This document shows positions 41,343 through 50,680 of a DNA stretch of 64,000 nucleotides, in pieces; the stretch's first letter is position 1; each line of letters starts with the position of its first letter. Both the position numbers and the translations under genes were made by a program. The notes under the pieces are model-generated. The model searched no databases and was not told where the DNA came from. It saw only the letters and a list, made by a program, of their open reading frames with translations. This DNA is from an uncultured Clostridia bacterium (lineage in GTDB: Bacteria; Bacillota; Clostridia; Christensenellales; UBA1242), in NCBI GenBank assembly GCA_944377305.1, contig CALWEL010000004.1:19136-83135 (forward strand), written 5' to 3'.

Positions 41343-44300
41343 ATGAAGAAATTTTTAATTTTTCTAGTAGCAATCGTTGTGGTAGTATGTATTGGACTCA
41401 CTACATATTATTTCTTGCGCAACGATGAGGCAATAGATTTCAAAACAAAAGAGATTTATTGTAATGTTGGCGATGTTGTAACTTTGGAAGATTTGGGTTA
41501 CACCGTTTATAAAGAGCATAGAAATACTAGTTATGATTACAATGCAGGTGGCGAAGAAGTCACCGAATACATAAGTTTCGACGAAGATAAAGGGTATTAT
41601 GTAGCAAATAAGGGTGGGGAAGTCAACCTTATAATTACTACGACTAATGGAAAATACCCAGAATTCCAAATTAGCGTACATATTGGAGAAGGGACGAAGG
41701 AAAACCCTTATTATATCGACAGTCAAGCAGATTTAGAGAAGATCGGAGATAGCTATTCGTTAAGTTCTAGCTACCTATTGATGTCAGATATTAATCTAAC
41801 TCAGGATTTCAAACCAATTGGATGTTCAAATACGACAATTGGTTTCAGTGGTACATTCAATGGAAATGGCAAAACAATTAGTTCATTGCATTTGAGTGGA
41901 ACGGATTATGCAAATGCAGGATTGTTTACGCGATTGAGCGGAACTGCAAGCGTAACAGATCTTAATTTGCGAGATGTAGAAATATCTGGTAATTATCAAT
42001 CAGCAGGTGCTTTAGCAGGGATAGTTAGTGGTACTGTAACTAGAGTACAGGCAGTAGATGTAAATATTAATAATACAATGAATAATTCAAAGACTGGTGG
42101 ATTGATTGGAAGTCTAAGTGGAGAAAATGCCTCAGTCACCATATCAGGAGTTCAAGGGGCTACGATCATTATCGGTACAGCTTCAAGTCAAGCAAATCCT
42201 ACGCCTTCCAATGTTAATGCGACAGTTGGTGGATTGATTGGAGAGATCGATAGAGCGAAAGTTCAAGCAACTTTTGCAGATGCCGAAATCGTTATGATGA
42301 ATGCTAGTGGAGAAGTAGGTGGCTTCGCAGGAAAATTAATTATTACCACATACAATGGATCTATTCAAGAATCTTATTCAGTATCTACTAGCGAATACGC
42401 AAATTATGGATCATTCCTAGGCAGTATAGAAAAGGGAACGAATTTCGTTACTGCGAATGCAAATCAATTGAGACATTTAATCGGAAACTACACTATTGCT
42501 GGCGGAACTGGTACAGTGAATAGTTATGACAACACATTCTTTGACAAAGGTTTTTATGATAGTGCGAATCACGTGTACTTTATCGTTACGTACAATTCAA
42601 TAGAAGAACTAGAGGCTAATACAGAATATATATTCTATGCAATTGATGGGCAAAATAGAGTTTATTGGGATAATTCAGCTTGGAATATCGTAATTGGATC
42701 ACTTCCTGAACTTAGAATGACAAATGCAGGTTTAAGTACAGTTTCTAGCGAATATTATCTAAGAGATATGGAAGAAGACAACATAGGAGATCCTACTGAA
42801 CCAGTAGACCCAGACGATCCAGACAGCCCTGGAGATGATACGGCAGAGGAGAATGGTCAAACATTCCTTGAAAAAATAGAACAATATATTCAAGAAGGGA
42901 ATGGAGCAATAGTTGATAAAAAGATTGTATTGAATGGAGATGTTGACTTAACAGGAATTAATTGGACTCCAGTTGAATTGAGAAATAGTTCATTCGATGG
43001 AAATGGTTATACTATTAAAGGCTTGAATTTGACGACATTAGAAGATGGAAACGCGGGATTATTCTCAGTTATAAACAATTCTACAGTTCGTGATTTAACA
43101 ATCAGAAATGTCACCTTCAATTTGACTAATTCAGCCACTAATGTTGGAGCGTTAGCTGGAGAGGTGGTTTCAGACGCGATCAACAGTGCATCTTATATAG
43201 AAAATGTCAATGTTGAGTATTCATCTAATATAGATATTCAAACTGATTACTTCGGAGGCTTGGTAGCCAGAGTGGATGATAATTCGACAATTACTAATAG
43301 TGGTGTCACAGGATTAAATATTTCATCAAGCGCTAATATATCGTATGTGGGCGGTTTGATTGGAGGATTGGATAGCGGAATACTAATGAATTCTACAGTT
43401 TCAGCATCTAGCATATATGGTACACAAAGAGTTGCGGGCATTGTGGCTATCAATAGCGGTACAATCAATAATGTATCTGGTAGTGCGACTATTACATATT
43501 CTTATAACGATGCGGATGCTTATATCGGTGGTATCAGTGCAGAAAATAGTGGATCTATAAATAATTCATCAATAAATACGCTAATCACTATTCAACAGAC
43601 TAATCGTACCTTGTATGTAGGTGGTGCGACTGCGGTAAATAATGGCACCATATCAAACGTTACTTTGACTGGCGCAGGTATTGCGATTGGCAATATCAAT
43701 GCATCAGATATTTATGTGGGCGGTATTGTGGCTACAAACAATGCTACCATAACGAATGCATACAATTTAATGGATAGAATTGGATCTTACATTGAAGGAA
43801 AGAACTTCTATGTGGGTGGAATTGTTGCGAATAACTCAGATAGTAGATCTTCAATTATTCAAGCTATCGCAGGATCTGATATATATGGAAATTATGTATC
43901 TGGCGTAGTTGTGAATATGAACAATGCAGGGGCTAAAGTGGGACAAGTTTTAATAGGAGCATTTGATCCTGCCACAGACACTATTTCAGAAAATTATATC
44001 ACTGGAGATAAATTTGTAGCAGGTGTATGTTATAACTTTACTGCAGGTGCAATGACAGATATTCAGGCGGTGAGTCAACTTTATGGACAGACGAATAATA
44101 CAAGGACATCTTTGTTAGTTTTGATCTTCCCTAATTCAGCTAGCTTAATTAATGCCACTGTAAATAGTTCGCTCAATGGATATGGCTCATTCTATCGTGA
44201 AACTTGGCGAGATTATACCAACACGATGGCTTCAGGCACAGCAGATAATTATAATATATATGCAGGAACTGCGGCTTCAGGTAGAATGGAAAGTGTAGTA

Positions 44301-44597
44301 GTCAATAATGACAAGGCTACATCTTATGGCAAGACTCTTATAGTGGCTGAATTCAATAGCGGACAATGGAATACTTCATATAATGAAAGCGGAAATAACA
44401 ATAATGTAAAAGTTGTAACTTCAAGTGAGTTTAGTCAATATTCAACGTTTACAGGTAGTCATACTTTGACAGCTAGAGTTTGGTATTTGTTCATTCCGAT
44501 CAACCAAGAATATGTAAGAGAATTGACATTTGATTTTGTAAACAATGTATGGAGCCAAGCTTCTGGAATTAAATTGTCATTCTTAGCTAATGTATAA
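41343..44597 (+). CDS. GLUG-repeat surface protein (1,084 aa)
   Basis: N-terminal signal/anchor MKKFLIFLVAIVVVVCIGLTTYYFLRNDE. Module openers are NPYYIDSQADLEKIGD...YLLMSDINLT...FSGTFNGNGKTI and a second at IVLNGDVDLTGINWTPV...FDGNGYTIKGLNL. Many GG[LIF][IVA]G turns (TGGLIGSLSG, VGGLIGEIDR, VGGFAGKL, FGGLVARV, VGGLIGGL, IGGISAEN). Confidence 0.8.
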   Translation: MKKFLIFLVAIVVVVCIGLTTYYFLRNDEAIDFKTKEIYCNVGDVVTLEDLGYTVYKEHRNTSYDYNAGGEEVTEYISFDEDKGYYVANKGGEVNLIITTTNGKYPEFQISVHIGEGTKENPYYIDSQADLEKIGDSYSLSSSYLLMSDINLTQDFKPIGCSNTTIGFSGTFNGNGKTISSLHLSGTDYANAGLFTRLSGTASVTDLNLRDVEISGNYQSAGALAGIVSGTVTRVQAVDVNINNTMNNSKTGGLIGSLSGENASVTISGVQGATIIIGTASSQANPTPSNVNATVGGLIGEIDRAKVQATFADAEIVMMNASGEVGGFAGKLIITTYNGSIQESYSVSTSEYANYGSFLGSIEKGTNFVTANANQLRHLIGNYTIAGGTGTVNSYDNTFFDKGFYDSANHVYFIVTYNSIEELEANTEYIFYAIDGQNRVYWDNSAWNIVIGSLPELRMTNAGLSTVSSEYYLRDMEEDNIGDPTEPVDPDDPDSPGDDTAEENGQTFLEKIEQYIQEGNGAIVDKKIVLNGDVDLTGINWTPVELRNSSFDGNGYTIKGLNLTTLEDGNAGLFSVINNSTVRDLTIRNVTFNLTNSATNVGALAGEVVSDAINSASYIENVNVEYSSNIDIQTDYFGGLVARVDDNSTITNSGVTGLNISSSANISYVGGLIGGLDSGILMNSTVSASSIYGTQRVAGIVAINSGTINNVSGSATITYSYNDADAYIGGISAENSGSINNSSINTLITIQQTNRTLYVGGATAVNNGTISNVTLTGAGIAIGNINASDIYVGGIVATNNATITNAYNLMDRIGSYIEGKNFYVGGIVANNSDSRSSIIQAIAGSDIYGNYVSGVVVNMNNAGAKVGQVLIGAFDPATDTISENYITGDKFVAGVCYNFTAGAMTDIQAVSQLYGQTNNTRTSLLVLIFPNSASLINATVNSSLNGYGSFYRETWRDYTNTMASGTADNYNIYAGTAASGRMESVVVNNDKATSYGKTLIVAEFNSGQWNTSYNESGNNNNVKVVTSSEFSQYSTFTGSHTLTARVWYLFIPINQEYVRELTFDFVNNVWSQASGIKLSFLANV

Positions 44598-44611
44598 TTA
44601 TTATAAAAATC

Positions 44612-44637
44612 AAAAACGAGCATATTGCTCGTTTTTT
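44612..44637. terminator. Rho-independent terminator after the GLUG gene
   Basis: AAAAACGAGCA-TAT-TGCTCGTTTTTT. Confidence 0.8.
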
Positions 44638-44690
44638 GTGTTGTAAAAATCTTTTGTAAATTCGGCGAGATATAGAATCCGAATTTTGAT

Positions 44691-44724
44691 AAAAAAAATC
44701 TGCATAGTATTGAACTAATGCAGA
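44691..44724 (-). terminator. Rho-independent terminator of spoVG
   Basis: Minus strand: TCTGCAT-(12-nt loop)-ATGCAGA followed by TTTTTTTT. Confidence 0.6.
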
Positions 44725-44736
44725 AGTGTACTGAGA

Positions 44737-45012
44737 CTATTGATTATTTTTTTCTTTCTCGTAAGCAGCTAGTACAGCAGAACTAATTTGTTCTCTTGTC
44801 TCAGTGTTAGATGGGTGTACTATATCTCTGTACTCGCCACTAGGTGCTTGCTTTGATGGCATAGCGATAAAGTTGCCATTGGTGCCTTCAATAATCTTCA
44901 CATCGTGCACAACAAATGCATTATCAATCGTGAATGAGGCAACGGCCTTCAACTTGCTATCATCTTTGCTGACCAATCTGATTCTAATGTCTGTGATGTC
45001 CAAGTTTTTCAC
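44737..45012 (-). CDS. spoVG: Septation protein SpoVG
   Basis: ITDIRIRLVSKDDSKLKAVASFTIDNAFVVHDVKIIEGTNGNFIAMPS...YRDIVHP is the canonical SpoVG sequence. GTG start follows AAAGGGGAAG. Confidence 0.9.
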   Translation of the reverse strand: MKNLDITDIRIRLVSKDDSKLKAVASFTIDNAFVVHDVKIIEGTNGNFIAMPSKQAPSGEYRDIVHPSNTETREQISSAVLAAYEKEKNNQ

Positions 45013-45051
45013 CTTCCCCTTTTTTAGATTAACTACAATGTAGTCATTATT

Positions 45052-45080
45052 ATTTTACCCTATTAAAATTTATTTTGCAA
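45052..45080 (-). promoter_or_regulatory. Candidate promoter of spoVG
   Basis: Minus strand: TTGCAA, a 17-nt spacer, then TAAAAT, about 40 nt upstream of the GTG. Confidence 0.45.
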
Positions 45081-45177
45081 ACATTTTTCACTATATTTAT
45101 ATAATTTTTAAAATATAATTTGCTTCTACAATTTACTTTTCGGCGATTAAATTCATATATGAGTATAGGTGATCAAG

Positions 45178-46428
45178 ATGAAAAAAAAATTTCAATCAGT
45201 TTTGTTTTTAGGCATAGGCGGAGTGAGTATGCATCAACTTGCTCTTGCATACAAAGAAAAGGGTTATACTGTTTACGGCTATGATCAAAAGAAGAGTGTA
45301 TACACGAAGATATGCGAAAATGCAGGTATTGAGGTGACGAATCGATTCAGACGCGAATTTTTGCAGGTAGATTTTTGTGTGAAAACTGCGGCCATCAGCG
45401 ATACCAACAAATATATAATCAATTTAAAAAAATTGAAATGCCAGATCTTTGATCGTGCCGAAATTTTGGCGAAACTGTGTGATGAATTCAAGTGCGTCAT
45501 AGCGATCGCAGGCACGCACGGAAAAAGCACGACAGCATCGATATTATATGAGATTTTGCGCACCGCAAATAAAAAAGTTTCCTGTCATATAGGTGCAGAG
45601 GTTTTTGCTCCTCGATTTAGTTGCGGAGATGATTATTTGGTGGTTGAAGCATGCGAATACAACAAAAGTTTTTTGAAGCTAAGACCAGACATTTCAGTGG
45701 TGACCAATGTGGAGGCGGAGCATTTGGATACATATAAAAATTTTTTCAATCTACGCACCGCATTTTTGACCTTTTTAAAACGCGGGCAAAAAAGATTTGT
45801 GTTTGAAAGTCCGAATACGAAGTTTTTGAGGCGAACAAAAAATGTAGAGTTTGTATCTAAAACAAAATTAAAAATAGATCCAAAGATCAAAGGAGGATAC
45901 AATTTAAACAACATTTCACTTGCCATAGCGGTGGCTCAAACGATAGGTATAGATGAAAAGACGATCATAAAAGCTGTCAATGCGTTCTCAGGAGTGCCGA
46001 GAAGATACGAGTATCTTGGTCAATACAAAAACACAAAAATCTTCATAGATTACGCTCATCACCCTACTGAATTGAGGTCGTTTATAGGGGCGTTTTCAAG
46101 CGAATTCAATGAATACAAAATCGTATTTCAACCGCACACATATTCTCGAACTAAACTGTTTTTGTCCGAATTCATATCTGTTTTGCAAGACGTAAAGAAT
46201 CTGTGCATTTTCAAAGAATATCCCGCACGTGAAAAATCAACTGCTGGACTCAGCGCACGCGATTTATATCAAGAGTTGAAAAAATATAATCACAACGTAA
46301 GATATGTCGCTTCAATAAATGGTTTGCTCAATTTTTTGGCAATCAAAGGTGCTACAGCATTTGTCGGAGCAGGAGACATTGACGAACTTGCCAAAAAGAT
46401 TATGAAAAGTTATTCGAAAAACTGTTGA
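45178..46428 (+). CDS. murC: UDP-N-acetylmuramate--L-alanine ligase
   Basis: FLGIGGVSMHQLA, IAIAGTHGKSTT and DYAHHPTE. ATG at 45178 follows AGGTGA by 5 nt. Ends in TGA. Confidence 0.85.
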   Translation: MKKKFQSVLFLGIGGVSMHQLALAYKEKGYTVYGYDQKKSVYTKICENAGIEVTNRFRREFLQVDFCVKTAAISDTNKYIINLKKLKCQIFDRAEILAKLCDEFKCVIAIAGTHGKSTTASILYEILRTANKKVSCHIGAEVFAPRFSCGDDYLVVEACEYNKSFLKLRPDISVVTNVEAEHLDTYKNFFNLRTAFLTFLKRGQKRFVFESPNTKFLRRTKNVEFVSKTKLKIDPKIKGGYNLNNISLAIAVAQTIGIDEKTIIKAVNAFSGVPRRYEYLGQYKNTKIFIDYAHHPTELRSFIGAFSSEFNEYKIVFQPHTYSRTKLFLSEFISVLQDVKNLCIFKEYPAREKSTAGLSARDLYQELKKYNHNVRYVASINGLLNFLAIKGATAFVGAGDIDELAKKIMKSYSKNC

Positions 46429-46482
46429 CAAATGGCTATTTTCAAGTTATAATCATTTAGCTAGAATTATTAAGGAGTAGTT

Positions 46483-46701
46483 ATGAAGAAAGATATTCAA
46501 CCTAATTATGTAGAGGTAACTTTTCTATGTGCTTGTGGCAATGAGTTTAAAGGCAAGACGTCAAAGCAGGGAGTGAAAGCTGGAGATACTGTGAAATTGG
46601 AAGTTTGCGACAAATGTCATCCATTCTTCACTGGTCAACAGAAACTCGTTGATACAGAAGGTCGTGTAGATAGATTCAACAAGAAACATAAATTGAAATA
46701 G
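46483..46701 (+). CDS. rpmE: 50S ribosomal protein L31 (Zn-binding type A)
   Basis: MKKDIQPNY...CACGNEF...[27 protein letters not shown]. Confidence 0.95.
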   Translation: MKKDIQPNYVEVTFLCACGNEFKGKTSKQGVKAGDTVKLEVCDKCHPFFTGQQKLVDTEGRVDRFNKKHKLK

Positions 46702-46797
46702 CCAATTTACGTGTCTTTTTTGCATTCGCAGATTAGGCACGTATTTTTTTATTTTTGGTGCTGTCGAAGCAAATTATATTTAGAGCTTACTATATCT

Positions 46798-47634
46798 ATG
46801 AAATTAATCAAATTAAGAAATGAGTTAAAGAAGGCTTATTCTCAGCACGGAAAAGATAGTGCTGATATTGATTTTATAATATCCGAATTGCTGGGAGTAT
46901 CACGAACAGAATTGTTATTAATTGATGAGGTTTCTGCTCGGCAGGAGAGAAATATTCGCCGTTACGCGAAAAAAAGGCTAAAGAATTCAATTCCAATAGA
47001 TAAATTGTTCAAAAAATCATATTTTTATGGATTGGAATTCTTTGTGAATCAAAACGTGCTCTCTCCGCGTCAAGATAGTGAGATTTTGATTGATACTGCT
47101 ATAAAATTTATTAGGGAATCCAAATGCAATACAGTTTTAGATTTGTGTACAGGGAGCGGTTGCTTGGCCATTGCCATTAAAAAAAATTGTGCAGTGAATA
47201 TGACTGCATCCGATCATTCTAAGTCCGCTTTGAAAGTTGCTAGAAAGAACGCAAAACTATTATCTGCAGATATCAAATTTATATTGAGTGATTTATTTAA
47301 TAAAATTGAAGGCAGATTTGATTTGATAATCTCGAATCCGCCATATATCGTTCGTGATGAAATTGAGACTTTGGATAGAGAAGTGAAATACTATGATCCA
47401 TTGATGGCACTAGATGGGGGCAGTGACGGATTGGATTTTTATAGAAGGATCGCGCTTGATGCCATAGATCATTTGACGGATCAAGGGGCTATAATTCTTG
47501 AGATTGGTTATAATCAAAAGCAAGACATCATTTCAATATTCAAAAATTATGAACTATTAGAAGTTGTGCCTGATCTAAATGGAATTGATAGAGCGCTAGT
47601 GTTTAAAAGGAGTAGTGTATGTTGGAAAAACTAA
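46798..47634 (+). CDS. prmC: Release-factor glutamine N5-methyltransferase PrmC
   Basis: LDLCTGSGCLAIA SAM motif and IISNPPYI catalytic motif. I prefer the ATG at 46798 (MKLIKLRNEL) to the GTG at 46711, but no clear SD is present, so the start is uncertain. Confidence 0.8.
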   Translation: MKLIKLRNELKKAYSQHGKDSADIDFIISELLGVSRTELLLIDEVSARQERNIRRYAKKRLKNSIPIDKLFKKSYFYGLEFFVNQNVLSPRQDSEILIDTAIKFIRESKCNTVLDLCTGSGCLAIAIKKNCAVNMTASDHSKSALKVARKNAKLLSADIKFILSDLFNKIEGRFDLIISNPPYIVRDEIETLDREVKYYDPLMALDGGSDGLDFYRRIALDAIDHLTDQGAIILEIGYNQKQDIISIFKNYELLEVVPDLNGIDRALVFKRSSVCWKN

Positions 47635-48689
47635 AAGGAATCAAAGAAAAGTTTGATATATTGACTCGTGAGATCGCGGATCCGCAAGTGATAGCAGATA
47701 CAAAAAATTGGCAGAAAAAAGTAAAAGAACATTCTTCACAGCAACCTTTAATGGAAGAATATGAGAAATATGAGAAATTGAATAAAGACTATGAAGATGC
47801 ACGGCTTTTGATTGAGACCGAGACAGATGTAGAGATGAAAAATATGCTCAAAGAGGAGTGTGAAGATTTAAAGAACAAACTAAGTGCAAGTGCTGAACAG
47901 CTGAAGATTTTGCTCTTGCCGAAAGATGAAAATGACACTAAAAATGTGATACTAGAGATTCGCGGAGGTGCAGGAGGAGAGGAAAGTGCACTTTTTGCTC
48001 ATAGTTTACTCAGAATGTATCAAATGTATTGTGATTCACACAAATTCAAAATGGAGATTATGAACATTGAAGAGACCGAACTAGGCGGGATCAAAGAAGT
48101 GCAAGCAATGATTAAAGGAAAGAATGCGTATGCACGTTTTAAATATGAATCAGGCGTGCATAGAGTGCAGAGAGTGCCCGAGACAGAAAGTCAAGGTAGG
48201 GTTCATACTTCTACCGCCACAGTGGCTATTCTGCCAGAGATGGAAGATACGGACGTGGAGATAAATGACAAAGATATTCGAATCGACCTATTCAGGAGTA
48301 GTGGTGCAGGCGGTCAGCATATCAATAAGACGGAATCTGCCATTCGCATTACACATTTTCCCACAGGTATAGTGGTCAGTTGTCAAGATGAGCGTAGTCA
48401 GACTCAGAACAAGGAAAAAGCATTCGCAATGCTTCGCGCAAAAATTTATGATTATTATCAACAACAGAAAGAGGCTGAATATAGGCAAAATAGGAAAAGT
48501 CAAGTTGGCACAGGAGATAGAAGCGAACGCATTCGTACTTACAATTTCCCGCAAGGTAGAGTGACAGATCATAGGATAGGTCTTAGTTTGTATAATATAG
48601 AGGACTTTATGAATGGCGACTTGGATGAAATGATAGATGCTCTAACACTTGCAGATCAGCAAAGAAAGCTTAGTGCACAAGAAAAATAA
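47619..48689 (+). CDS. prfA: Peptide chain release factor 1
   Basis: RVPETESQGRVHTS (P-x-T region) and SGAGGQHINKT (GGQ). SD AAGGAG is present. It overlaps the prmC 3' end by 16 nt. Confidence 0.9.
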   Translation: MLEKLKGIKEKFDILTREIADPQVIADTKNWQKKVKEHSSQQPLMEEYEKYEKLNKDYEDARLLIETETDVEMKNMLKEECEDLKNKLSASAEQLKILLLPKDENDTKNVILEIRGGAGGEESALFAHSLLRMYQMYCDSHKFKMEIMNIEETELGGIKEVQAMIKGKNAYARFKYESGVHRVQRVPETESQGRVHTSTATVAILPEMEDTDVEINDKDIRIDLFRSSGAGGQHINKTESAIRITHFPTGIVVSCQDERSQTQNKEKAFAMLRAKIYDYYQQQKEAEYRQNRKSQVGTGDRSERIRTYNFPQGRVTDHRIGLSLYNIEDFMNGDLDEMIDALTLADQQRKLSAQEK

Positions 48690-48738
48690 AAGATGAGCTC
48701 AATAGCGAAGTTAAAATTGTAATTATAAAACAATGATT

Positions 48739-48764
48739 AAATAGCGTTTTGACGCTATTTTTTG
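48739..48764 (+). terminator. Rho-independent terminator after prfA
   Basis: AATAGCGT-TTTG-ACGCTATT followed by TTTTT. Confidence 0.75.
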
Positions 48765-48765
48765 T

Positions 48766-48794
48766 TTGCGAATTTCAAGTAACTATGATATAAT
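48766..48794 (+). promoter_or_regulatory. Sigma-A promoter of the 604-aa orphan gene
   Basis: TTGCGA, a 17-nt spacer, then TGaTATAAT, followed by SD TAGGAGAA and the ATG at 48812. Confidence 0.6.
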
Positions 48795-48811
48795 TTACCT
48801 AGGAGAATTAT

Positions 48812-50626
48812 ATGGCTAAGTATTTGAAACAGGATTCTGATTTGGGATATGTAGAAGACGGTGCAGAGATTGAATATCTGAAATTCAACAATTTGCGACA
48901 TACAATTCTTGGTTATATGTGGGGAGATTTTAATTCTCAAGGTGAGTATGTATTGTCTCCAGAAATAGAGCGAGAAATGATCGCTATGCAAAAATATGTT
49001 GTAGATACGATTGACAATATTGAAGTTTGCCTTAGCAATATCAAGTTTGACAAACAGATCACATTCATAGTTACCACTGAAGGAAATCGCGCTACTCTTT
49101 CTTTGGTGGAAAAAATTAATTTTGAAGCAAACAATAAATTGAATGCTGGCACATATAGCAATATAAATGAATATATCTTGGATGAAGTGGAGACGTCTGG
49201 AGTTGTAGATAAAAATGCACTGTATAGACGTTGGAACATATCTTTCACGCCAGGAGAAGTGCTGGACATATTTCATATAGATGATGAGAGTTTGGCATCT
49301 CTATTCGGACTAACTGCTAGATTCAAGTATCTCATTAAGGCAAATGAAATTTTATTAAATCAAGAAGAGAAGTTGGAAGAGGTCGAGGCGGAGTATTCTA
49401 TCAATCTGCTTTCAATAATAGACCATTATCCTAAATTGAAATTGCTAGTAGATGAAGAGTTGAAAAAGACTTTGTCAGAAAAAAAGGATTTTATTAGGAT
49501 AGATAGACCGAATTTTGCCAAAACATTGAACGAAATCATAGAGAAGTCCACTAATGCCAACTTAAATATATTGACAGAGGAGGAAAGGTCAGAATTCCTA
49601 TCAGAAAGGCGAAATGCTCAAGTGACGTATAATATAAAATCTAGAGATACAGTAGGCATCAAGTCTGAGACACTAGAAGTGAAGCAAGAGCATATAGGCA
49701 ACGAACTGAGCGCAACGAAGAAAGATAGAATTATTTTAGATACTCACGATTTAGAACAGGGCAGATCTATTGTTGAACTTATGCAAAGCACCATTCAGGC
49801 GGAAAAAGATGTGGTAGAGAGAAATACCTCTGAGGCAATTGCTGTCAATGTTGGAGATGTGAAAAATGCACCCGTTGCTGATGCTTCTAGACTGCTCCTT
49901 GCGATCGAAAATGCTGGAAAGAAAGCGGTCTTAGGCACACCTGCACAAGGAAAAGAAATTTCTTCATATCGCGCTGAATTGTATAGATATTTATCAAATA
50001 AAGGTGCTACAGTAACGCACAACACTAGCCAAAATACTAGCGAGCAGATATCTCAAATTGAAAAGGGAAGATCGGCGGATATTATTGTCGAGCAAGCAAA
50101 TCAGCCCACAAAGACAGATAGTAAACAACCAGTCAAAGAGACACAATCTTCAGCGAACAAATCTGCGGGGAGTAGTTCAGGTGGCGGTAGCGGAAGAGGA
50201 GGCGGTGGTAGCGCTGGGAAAAAGGTAACAGTGAAAAAAGTCAATGGAGCCAGTCCAAATGCAAATGGCAAGCCCAGAACTAGTCGGAGCACTTCATCTG
50301 GCGAAAGTTTGATACGAGGTGCTGTAAAGAATTCTACAGCGAATTTAGGACGCAAGATAGATGGGACATTGGCGTCAAAATATGCTCAAAAGATGATGGA
50401 TAATGAGGATGCAAAACAAAATGACGAAGGAGAAAAAACTAAACAAGCGGATACTCTTTTGACATCAAATAAAATGAATAATCTCAGAGGTAGACGTATT
50501 AATGAAGTTGTCAAAACAAAAGCTCCAATTCCGAATACCAGAATAAATACGAATTCTGAAGATATACTTTATGAAGAAAATACAGATGACAAAATTTTAT
50601 CTCAAATAAATGAACAAACATTATAA
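48812..50626 (+). CDS. Hypothetical protein with a disordered Gly/Ser/Lys-rich C-terminal half
   Basis: Good promoter and SD. The N-terminal ~330 aa look structured. The C-terminal half is low-complexity and includes SSGGGSGRGGGGSAGKK. I recognise no motif. Confidence 0.6.
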   Translation: MAKYLKQDSDLGYVEDGAEIEYLKFNNLRHTILGYMWGDFNSQGEYVLSPEIEREMIAMQKYVVDTIDNIEVCLSNIKFDKQITFIVTTEGNRATLSLVEKINFEANNKLNAGTYSNINEYILDEVETSGVVDKNALYRRWNISFTPGEVLDIFHIDDESLASLFGLTARFKYLIKANEILLNQEEKLEEVEAEYSINLLSIIDHYPKLKLLVDEELKKTLSEKKDFIRIDRPNFAKTLNEIIEKSTNANLNILTEEERSEFLSERRNAQVTYNIKSRDTVGIKSETLEVKQEHIGNELSATKKDRIILDTHDLEQGRSIVELMQSTIQAEKDVVERNTSEAIAVNVGDVKNAPVADASRLLLAIENAGKKAVLGTPAQGKEISSYRAELYRYLSNKGATVTHNTSQNTSEQISQIEKGRSADIIVEQANQPTKTDSKQPVKETQSSANKSAGSSSGGGSGRGGGGSAGKKVTVKKVNGASPNANGKPRTSRSTSSGESLIRGAVKNSTANLGRKIDGTLASKYAQKMMDNEDAKQNDEGEKTKQADTLLTSNKMNNLRGRRINEVVKTKAPIPNTRINTNSEDILYEENTDDKILSQINEQTL

Positions 50627-50633
50627 AAAAATG

Positions 50634-50677
50634 AAAAAACGCCCAATTTGGAGTCAATTCCAACTAGAGCGTTTTTT
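50634..50677. terminator. Possible bidirectional terminator between convergent genes
   Basis: AAAAAACGC...GCGTTTTTT outer pairing with an inner TTGGA/TCCAA hairpin. The stem is weak. Confidence 0.35.
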
Positions 50678-50680
50678 ATT

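Noticed and set aside
45075-45105. The palindromic TTGCAA -35 box, shared with spoVG, as a divergent promoter for murC.
   Set aside because: On the plus strand, the best -10 at 17 nt is TATATA, which lacks the conserved final T, and TATAAT needs a 19-nt spacer. This is not convincing.
46701-46797. The GTG at 46711 as the prmC start, which would add a 29-aa N-terminal extension.
   Set aside because: The extension (SFLHSQIRHVFFYFWCCRSKL...) is not PrmC-like and overlaps a hairpin and U-run region. The ATG at 46798 gives a typical PrmC N-terminus.
48755-49276. 173-aa and 110-aa minus-strand ORFs overlapping the 5' part of the 604-aa gene.
   Set aside because: They run through the plus-strand promoter and SD, have a hydrophobic, low-information translation and no SD of their own.
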